A stretch of DNA of 64,000 nucleotides, from assembly GCA_964016885.1 (NCBI GenBank), contig OZ024743.1, positions 2,294,001-2,358,000 on the forward strand, read 5' to 3'. The DNA is from Eledone cirrhosa (lineage: Eukaryota). The notes under the pieces were generated by a model. The model saw nothing but the letters and a program-made list of their open reading frames with translations. It searched no databases and was not told the DNA's origin. Shown in pieces: positions 53,146-64,000 of the stretch. Within the stretch, counting starts at the first letter, position 1, and every line of letters begins with the position of its first letter. The position numbers were made by a program, and so were the translations under genes.

Positions 53146-53272
53146 CATATATATACATATATATATATACATATATATATATACATATATATATGCATAT
53201 ATATAAATACATATATATACATATATATATATACATATATATATATACATATATATACATATATATATATAT

Positions 53273-53612
53273 GGAGGCACATGGCTTAGTGGTTAGAGCA
53301 TTGGCCTTGCAATCGATGTGAGTTCAATTCTCAGACCGGGTGATGTGTTGTTTCCTTGAGCAAGACACTTTATTTCACATTGCTCCAGTTTACTCAGCTG
53401 TAGAAATGAGATGATAGGGACCCCAGTCCCTATCATTCCACTGCAAAGTGGTCGTGGAGGTGCCACGGCAAAAAAGCACCCTGCACTCACTGTAAATGAG
53501 GTTGGTGTTAGGAAGGGCATCCAGCTGTAGAAATCAAGCCAGAATCAGTTCCCGTCCCACCCTTGCAAGCAGGGAAAAGTGGACGTAAAAATGAGATGAT
53601 GATGATGATGAT
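53273..53612 (+). mobile_element. Chimeric tRNA-SINE, second copy
   Basis: Near-identical to 24295-24620 plus an ATGATAGGGA/TCCCTATCAT hairpin; (GAT)n tail. Confidence 0.92.
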
Positions 53613-53856
53613 ATACATATATATACATATACATATATATACATATATATACATACATATACATATATATATATACATATATATATATATACATATATAT
53701 ACATATATATATATACATATATATACATATATATATATACATATATATACATATATATATATATACATATATACATATATATACACATATATATACATAT
53801 ATATATATAAATATACATATATATACATATATATACATATATATACATATATATAC

Positions 53857-53893
<37 letters not shown>

Positions 53894-54302
53894 CATATAT
53901 ATACATATATATATATATACATATACATATATATATATATACATATATATACATATATATATACATATATATACATATATATATATATATATACATATAT
54001 ATACATATATATATATACATATATATATATATACATATATATATATACATACATATATATATATATACATACATATATATATATATATTCATATATATAT
54101 ATATACATACATACATATATATATATATACATACATACATATATATATATTCATACATATATATATATACATACATATATATATATATACATACATACAT
54201 ATATATATATACATATATATATACATATATATATATACACATATATATATATACATATATATATACATATATATATATACATATATATATACATATATAT
54301 AC

Positions 54303-54351
<49 letters not shown>

Positions 54352-54524
54352 TATATACATATACATATATATATACATATATATACATATATACATATAC
54401 ATATATACATATACACATATATACATATATATACATATATATATATACATATACATATATACATATACATATATGTATATACATATATGTATATACATAT
54501 ATGTATATACATATACATATATAC

Positions 54525-54555
<31 letters not shown>

Positions 54556-54580
54556 CATATATATACATATATATATATAC

Positions 54581-54651
<71 letters not shown>

Positions 54652-54746
54652 CATATATATACATATATATACATATATATATACATATATATACATATAT
54701 ATATATATACATACATATATATACATATATATACATATATATATAC

Positions 54747-54779
<33 letters not shown>

Positions 54780-54794
54780 CATATATATACATAC

Positions 54795-54847
<53 letters not shown>

Positions 54848-54876
54848 TATACATATATATATACATATATATATAC

Positions 54877-54945
<69 letters not shown>

Positions 54946-54946
54946 C

Positions 54947-54977
<31 letters not shown>

Positions 54978-55082
54978 CATATATATACATATATATACAT
55001 ATATATACATATATATATACATATATATACATATATATATATATACATACATATATATACATATATATACATATATATATAC

Positions 55083-55115
<33 letters not shown>

Positions 55116-55140
55116 CATATATATACATATATATATATAC

Positions 55141-55181
<41 letters not shown>

Positions 55182-55198
55182 TATACATATATATATAC

Positions 55199-55253
<55 letters not shown>

Positions 55254-55284
55254 CATATATATACATATATATATATATATATAC

Positions 55285-55327
<43 letters not shown>

Positions 55328-55546
55328 TATACATATACATATATACATATATATACATATACATATATACATATATATACATATATATACATATATATAT
55401 ATATATACATATATATACATATATATACATATATATATATATACATATATATATACATATATATACATATATATATATACATATATATATACATATATAT
55501 ATACATATATATACACATATATATATACATATATATACATATATAT

Positions 55547-57131
55547 CATCATCATCATCATCATCATCATCAACGTTTAACGTCCGTGTTCCACGCTTGC
55601 ATGGGTTTGGACGGGGGTAGTCCCACTTGAGGCAAGAGTGATTGTCTTGCTCGCATAGGACTGTCTGGCAGGTTTTCTACAGTTGGATGCCCTTCCTAAC
55701 ACCAACCACATTTACAGTGTGGGTCTGGGAGGTTTTTACCGTGTTGCCTACACGGCCACATTACAGCGTGGACTGTGTGTTTTTTGTCGTGACACCTACA
55801 CGATCTCATTCGTTTCGGCCTCGATGGCGCGGCACCAACATAACTTTACATAGAACGGGGTGGTGTGGATGGGGTGGGGGTGGTGGTGGTGGGACGGGGT
55901 GTATTTTGTTAGAGATGCCTACTGGCTGGAGTAGGTTTTACTATATATTTAGGTAAGGCGGGTCTTCTCTGTTACTGAGTACCGCCAAAGGTCTCGGTCC
56001 AGTGACATTGTCTTGGAGAGGTGTAAGTGTGTGATGTCGGAGTTTATCAGCTCGTCCCAGGTTTTTCTAGGTCTGCCTATTCCGTGACTACCGTCTATCT
56101 TTATTGCCCTGCACTTTGTTATACAGCTATCGACTTTCATGCTCATCACGTGTCCATACCAACGTAGCCTTCTCTCGAGTAAACAACATCTGATCCCTCT
56201 TATCTCTAATTTTTTCCTTAGTTCGTTTATGCTTTGCCGTTCACGTATATTACTGTTACACATCCAGCGGAGCATGCAAGCTTCGTTCCTCTCTAGTCTG
56301 CGTATATCCTCTGCACACAATGCCCAGGTCTCACTGCCATGCAGCATTGCTGTTCGTATGCAGGCATCGTACAACCTGCCTTTCATTTTTAGTGAGAACC
56401 CTTTAGCAGCTAATAGTGGTATAAGCTCTCTGAACTTTTTCCAACCAGTTCTGACTCTAGCTACAGTACTTTCAGAGCACCCTCCCCCACTGCTGATTTT
56501 ATCGCCCAGGTAACGGAAGCTGTCCACTATTTCTATAGAACCCTCTGCGCAATTGAAAGAGCTAGTATTTTGTGGGCACTTGCTGCTACTTATTGCACCA
56601 GAGCACCGGCCACATGTAAAATCTATGTTCTTAGTTAGCTTACCTGTGATCCCACTACATCTTTTATGCACCCATACTTTGCATTTAGGACATAAAATGG
56701 AGTTTCTACCTACGCCTTTCCTACACACCGAGCACGACCATTTCCCAGAAGGGACCGCCGCCTTGTTTTCTTTCCTACAAACTAGTACTTTGGTCTTAGC
56801 CAGGTTAATTTTAAGTCCTTTTGACTCTAGGCCGTGCTTCCATGTTTGGAATTTCTTCTCTAGCTCGGCCATTGATTCCGCTATGAGTGTCAGGTCGTCT
56901 GCGTATAGGAGTTCCCATGGGCAGCCTGTCTTGAACTCCTCTGTTATAGCCTGAAGGGCAATAATAAATAGTAGTGGGCTGAGAACAGAGCCCTGATGGA
57001 CGCCAACTTTTACGCTAAACTCTTCACTATATTCGTTGTTAATTCTAACCTTGCTGACTGTTTCTTTATACATGGCTTGTATAGCCCTCACAAGCCATTC
57101 GTCAACGCCTAGTTTTCTACGAGCCCACCAG

Positions 57132-57135
<4 letters not shown>
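55547..57135 (-). mobile_element. RTE family C, 5'-truncated copy 3
   Basis: RT from IWWA.. to KTRLT* (55949), 3' UTR and tail; near-identical to copy 1. Confidence 0.95.
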
Positions 57136-57218
<83 letters not shown>

Positions 57219-57259
57219 CATATATATATACATATATATATATATATACATATATATAC

Positions 57260-57326
<67 letters not shown>

Positions 57327-57603
57327 CATATATATACATATATATACATATATATATATATATATACATATATACATATACATATATATATATATACATA
57401 TATACATATACATATACATATATATACATATATACATATACATATATATATATACATATATACATATACATATACATATATATACATATATATACATATA
57501 TATATATATACATATATACATATACATATATATACATATATATACATATACATATATATACATATATATACATATACATATATATACATATACATATATA
57601 TAC

Positions 57604-57648
<45 letters not shown>

Positions 57649-57740
57649 TATACATATATATATATATATATACATATATATACATATATATATATATATA
57701 CATATATATACATATATATACATATATATATACATATACA

Positions 57741-57772
<32 letters not shown>

Positions 57773-57907
57773 CATATATATACATATATATACATATACA
57801 TATATATATATATACATATATATATACATATATATACATATATATACATATATATATATATAGATATATATATATACATATATATACATATATATACATA
57901 TATATAC

Positions 57908-57996
<89 letters not shown>

Positions 57997-58023
57997 CATA
58001 TATATATATACATATATATATAC

Positions 58024-58407
<384 letters not shown>

Positions 58408-58864
58408 CATATATATACATATATATATACATATACATATATATATACATATATATACATATATATATACATATACATATATATATACATATATATATAC
58501 ATATATATACATATATATATACATATATATATACATATATATACATATATATATACATATACATATACATATATATATATATACATATATATATATACAC
58601 ATATATATATATACATATACATATATATATATATACATATATATACATATACATATATATATACATATATATACATATACATATATATACATATTCATAT
58701 ACATATATATATACATATATATACATATACATATATATACATATACATATATATACATATACATATATATACATATACATATACATATATATACATATAC
58801 ATATATATACATATATATACATATACATATATATACATATACATATATATACATATACATATAC

Positions 58865-58909
<45 letters not shown>

Positions 58910-58968
58910 TACATATATACATATATATATACATATATACATATATACATATATATATATATACATAT

Positions 58969-59001
<33 letters not shown>

Positions 59002-59004
59002 TAT

Positions 59005-59069
<65 letters not shown>

Positions 59070-59112
59070 CATATATACATATATACATATATATATATAT
59101 ATACATACATAC

Positions 59113-59198
<86 letters not shown>

Positions 59199-59258
59199 AT
59201 ACATACATATATATATATATACATACATATATATATATATATACATACATACATATAT

Positions 59259-59289
<31 letters not shown>

Positions 59290-59321
59290 CATACATATAT
59301 ATATATATATATATACATACA

Positions 59322-59423
<102 letters not shown>

Positions 59424-59478
59424 CATATATATACATATATACATATATATACATATATATATATACATATATATACAC

Positions 59479-59603
<125 letters not shown>

Positions 59604-59873
59604 CAACATCCAGTCCGAAACAAATGAGGTCGGGTAGGTGTCACGACAAAAAAATACGCAGTCCACGCTGTAATGTGGCCGTGTAGGTAACACGGTAAAA
59701 ACCTCCCAGTCCACACTGTAAACGTGGTTGGTGTTAGGAAGGGCATCCAGCCATAGAAAACCCGCCAGACAGTCCTATACCAGCAAGACAACCAATCTTG
59801 CCTCAAGTGGGAAAATTCCCGTCCAAACCTATGCAAGCGTGGAAGATGGACGTTAAACGATGATGATGATGAT
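59604..59873 (+). mobile_element. 3' UTR-only copy of an RTE family C variant
   Basis: Reverse-complement similarity to 37261-37530; (GAT)n tail. Confidence 0.88.
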
Positions 59874-59883
59874 ATATATATAT

Positions 59884-60213
59884 AATAAGTATAAATCGAA
59901 GTTTTAGCTGTTTTACAGCTAGTACTATTCAATTTGTTTGAGGCAATCACAAAGCACTCAATGGAGCGAAAGTTAAAAACATTACGTCCAGAGTAAACAC
60001 AACAGTTATAAAGTGTGACACCAAGAAAACCGACCAAAGGTACTAGCCATACATATAACACAACCACGATAGATACAGAAAGGGTGAGAGGGAGAGAGGG
60101 ACGTGAAAAAGTACTCAATACCAGAGTAGACTTGAAACATTTATTTAATGACTAAGTGGGAGCCTTAGGAGTTTTACCTGCACACTCGCAGGCTCATCAT
60201 TTAGTCATTAAAT
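59884..60213 (-). mobile_element. Probable PLE terminal-repeat fragment with a decayed hammerhead
   Basis: 13-bp outer stem 60143-60155/60201-60213 enclosing aTGATGA GCCTGC gagtgt GCAGGT aAAAC. Confidence 0.45.
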
Positions 60214-60239
60214 GTATGTATATATATATATATATATAT

Positions 60240-60274
<35 letters not shown>

Positions 60275-60864
60275 CCCATGCTAACGTGGAAAATGGATGT
60301 TAAACAATGATGATGATGATGAAATATATAATATTTAAAGAATCCAAATTTACACTCAAATATATATGTTGCAAAGCACTGCATAATTCAGCAGTAATGG
60401 GATTCATATAAGACATATATCTCTATATTCAGGAAAATCGATAGAACTTTGAAATAAATCGAAGTGATATATATACCTTAATTGTAAATTAATTCAATAT
60501 AAAAATAATTTAAAAAAAATCTCTATAGACACTTAATTTTCTAATAAATCATTTTAAATTCATATTCATGTATATGTGTGTGTGTGAGTGTATATATATA
60601 TATATATAATCATATATCATATGCCATATATATATATATATATCAGTATATTTCAGGAGCACAAAATCTAATTCTTTAGTGTGTAGTGTGTAAAAGAAAA
60701 AGCTAGAATGATACTATAAATGACTTAAGATAATTAATCAAAACAACATTACAATATTGATTATATGATATCATCTCATTTTGTAATGAATACATTTTGA
60801 ATTTCATATCTATGACTATATACAATTGTTGAGATTTGCTCCCTTCTGGATTCTCTCAGGAACA

Positions 60865-61300
60865 GGATTGACATGCACAACCAGGTTGGATGTGGTATCA
60901 AGACAGATGGGTTTAGGATCAGTCAGCTTGAACTTGCAGAGGACATGGTACTACTTAATTCATAGGAAGGTGATTTCCGATATGCACTTCATATAGGTTT
61001 GTTGCTGAAATAAGAATCAGTGCTGAAAAGACCGAGACGCTCATCCTCTCAAGGAAGCCTGCACAGTGCACACATGTGAGTGGAGTTCTACTGAAGCTGG
61101 TAGAGAAGTTCAAGTATCTTGAGGCTATTTTCACAAGTGATGGAAAGCAAGAGGTTGAATTAAATGCAAGAATTGCAGGAACTTGTGCTGTAATGTGCCA
61201 ACTTCAGTATTCAGTATTAGAAGTAAGGAGGTAGGTGTTAAAGCCAAACTCACTATCTTTAATTCAGTATTCATGCCAACCCTTAACTATGGACTTATAA
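60865..61300 (+). pseudogene. Decayed RTE (Expander/Rex3-like) RT fragment
   Basis: ISQLELAEDMVLL..KTETL..VEKFKYLEAIFTSDGKQEVELNARI..KAKLTIFNSVFMPTLNYG with stops and frameshifts. Confidence 0.7.
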
Positions 61301-61370
61301 CTATGGACTATGAGAACTCTGCTTTCATGACCCTCTCAGGAATAAGTGGATAAAGAAGATTATACACACA

Positions 61371-61586
61371 TTAACCCTTTAGCATTTACATTACTCTATA
61401 TATGCTATTGTATTTTCATGGTAAAGGATTTATCTCACATAATATCGAATCTACAAGATTTTGATGTTATTTATTTTGAGAACAATACCTTAACATAAGT
61501 ATAAGCAACCGATTATGGCTGGTTTAAACAAAAAGAGTTAAGGGAATTCTGTCTGGATATGGCCAGTTTAAATGCTAAAGGGTTAA
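61371..61586. mobile_element. piggyBac-type MITE copy
   Basis: TTAA CCCTTTAGCATTTA ... TAAATGCTAAAGGG TTAA. Confidence 0.92.
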
Positions 61587-61987
61587 ATAAATTTATGCAG
61601 TATGACCAAATGATTAAGAAGTTCATTTTGCAATCATTAGGCCCCACTGCCTGGCATCTTGGGTAAGTGTTGTTTACCAAAACCTCAGGTCAACCCAAAG
61701 CTTTGTGAATGAAATGAGTAAACAGAAATTTTAAAAGGACCAATCTTGTCACACACACTGTGTCAAACTGAATCACCCTGGAATACTCAATCATTTACAC
61801 TATAGCACAAGATTGATTGTGCCTCTAATTCAAAGAGCTAGCCTTGTCATATATTGTGTCACGCCTCAGTATTCCACATATTTGTGGAATACTGAGGCAC
61901 ATACACTATAGAATAAGATTAACTGTGCTTATAATTCAGAGAGCTAGCCTTGTCAGACAATGTTATACTGGATTGCCCTGAAAGTTA

Positions 61988-62260
61988 TAAACCAGCTGTA
62001 TCCAGCTACAATTCTCTCATCTCTTTCTGCTCTAACTGGTTATTACTGGCCACTCATACTGACGTTAAGGTATTCTTCACAAAATAAATAATATCAAAAT
62101 CTCATAGATTCAATATTATGTGAGATAAAGCTTTTACTGCGAAAATACAATAATATATATAGAGTAAGATTCAATATTATATGAGATATTATGTGAGATA
62201 AAGCCTTTACAGTGAAAGTACAATAGTGTATATAAAGTAATGTAAATTCTAAAGGGTTAA
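61988..62260. mobile_element. piggyBac-type MITE copy with internal duplication, one end missing
   Basis: Body matches the family; ends AAAGGGTTAA. Confidence 0.7.
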
Positions 62261-62624
62261 GAGTATACATATCTGTGTAATGCTTACATAGCTACTTACA
62301 CAGTTACTTACACATTAATTTCACAAGTAGATTCTACTATTGATTGAACAGTAGCACTCACCATCAAAACCAACAGAGGCTCATTCATTAAATAAATCAA
62401 AGTTCTTTTTAACACTATTGCTTAAAAGAAAGCCAGTGATGTAATTTCAACGTATCGATTACTTTTACGGCTCTTAACAGGCCAATTTCTCGTCAACAAA
62501 CAAGTATCCATAAAATTGGGTACTTCAAGTTTAAGTCTGTAAATCTTTGAAGAAGTACATGCCAGAATAAAGATGTTCTGATGATAATTAGAGTGACAGT
62601 AGCATTCATTATTATCTGATTAAC

Positions 62625-62821
62625 GGCGGTGGATTGGCAGTATCGGTAGATGGTCGGACGCCATGCTTTGACGCAAAGAGTTACGGTCATTTCCATTCTG
62701 AGTTCAAATCCCCCCCCCCCCCCCCCGAGGTTAACTTTGGCTTTCATCGTTACGGGGTCGATAAAATAAAGTAGCAGTAAAACACTGGGTAATTGCTGGC
62801 CTTGTGCCAAAAGTAGAAATA
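62625..62821 (+). mobile_element. tRNA-derived SINE with 17-bp TSD
   Basis: B-box GAGTTCAAATCC; TSD ATTATTATCTGATTAAC at 62608-62624 and 62822-62838. Confidence 0.88.
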
Positions 62822-62867
62822 ATTATTATCTGATTAACCACTCAGCCATAGATAACAGAAGCAATTC

Positions 62868-63010
62868 AATGACGACCACGATGACGATCAAACAACAGTA
62901 ACAACAACAATAACAATGGCAACATCAATGACAACAGTAACAACGACAACAACAGCAGTAACAACATCAACAATAGTAGTAATAACAACAACAGTAAAAA
63001 CAGCAGCAGT
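62868..63010. repeat. (CAA)n-like trinucleotide tract
   Basis: Seen directly. Confidence 0.85.
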
Positions 63011-63039
63011 TCAATTCTATTGTCACCAATAGAGAAAGA

Positions 63040-63520
63040 CACCATTTTACATTTATTTTCCATATGCAGGCATGGGCTGGATGGGTTATCATGTTCTGAT
63101 ATTTCACAGGTCAGATAATCATGCCTTGCTCATATATTCAATTTTGGGATAGTTTTTATGAATGGATGCCCTTCCTCACAACAACCACTTTACAGTGTGT
63201 ATTGGATACATTTAATCATGACACCACTACTGTCACTTTACAGAGTGTACTGGGTGCTTTTTTTTTTTTTTTTGTATCATTAGAACTAGCACTTTGCAGT
63301 GTATACTGGGTGCTTTTTGTCATGATACTAGTGTACTACCACTTTACAGGGTGCCACCTGATAGTGTGGGCTGGGTGTGTTTCATCATGGCATCACTTCT
63401 ATCTCTTTAAAGAGTGGACTGGGTGCATTTTATCATGGTACAAGCACTATCATTTTATAAAACAGGCTGGATGTATTTCACCATGGCACCAACATTACCA
63501 CTTTACAACACTACGGCACT
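63040..63520 (-). mobile_element. Old RTE-B-like 3' end with amplified ~40-bp units
   Basis: TGGATGCCCTTCCT..CAACCACTTTACAG then repeated CTTTACAG.GTG.ACTGGGTGC units. Confidence 0.65.
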
Positions 63521-63724
63521 CTATTGTGTCTTCAGCCAACAATTCAGTAATCAATACAGCTTATCATTCACTGTGAAACACACCTTGCTATGAAAATCAA
63601 GCAGCTGAATCTATTTATCAGTCATGTTGGAGATAAATAAATATTGATTGATTGATTACCTGGTTACTATAGTAACTATAGTTCTATAGTTACTATAGAA
63701 ACTATAGAACCATAGAACTGTCTC

Positions 63725-63939
63725 TTAACCCTTTAGCATTTAAACCAGCTGTATCTGGCCAGAATTCTCTCATCTCTTTCTGTACAAACCGGCTATAAAC
63801 AGCTGCTCATACTTATGTTAAGGTATTGTTCTCAAAATAAATGATATCAAAATCTCGTAGATTCAATGTTATGAGTTTTAAGCCTTTACTGTGAAAATAT
63901 AATAGTAAATATAGAGTAATGTAAATGCTAAAGAGTTAA
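63725..63939. mobile_element. piggyBac-type MITE copy
   Basis: TTAACCCTTTAGCATTTA...TAAATGCTAAAGAGTTAA. Confidence 0.9.
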
Positions 63940-64000
63940 TCTAAGATTAGTACTTTTACTACACAGTGGACATACAACTGATTTCACTAATTCATGATCA

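Overview
AT-rich animal genomic DNA; the repeat content resembles cephalopod (Octopus-like) genomes, which is an inference. I found no convincing host gene, and every long real ORF belongs to a retroelement. Region 1-24 kb is ordinary repeat-rich DNA: a 44-bp minisatellite, TTAA/piggyBac-type MITEs, SINEs, a hAT MITE, a probable Helitron, an RTE LINE with an open frame and a Penelope-like (PLE) fragment. Region ~24.2-60.3 kb is a strand-polarised (TA)n/(TACA)n microsatellite studded with about 18 retro-inserts: RTE LINEs (one with a complete ORF behind a ~404-bp tandem array), a CR1-type LINE, an R4/Dong-type RLE element, a fold-back Naiad-like PLE, chimeric tRNA-SINEs and non-coding hammerhead-bearing elements. 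The top candidate is at 43701-46622: about 8.3 near-identical, ORF-less, highly structured 310-nt monomers, each with a minimal type I hammerhead ribozyme motif, followed by about 1.2 inverted monomers. This fits a retrozyme or viroid-like circular RNA reverse-transcribed by rolling circle into a TA tract, plausibly by a PLE enzyme. The many YIYI/MCVC-type ORFs are microsatellite artefacts. All alignments and folds were done by eye.
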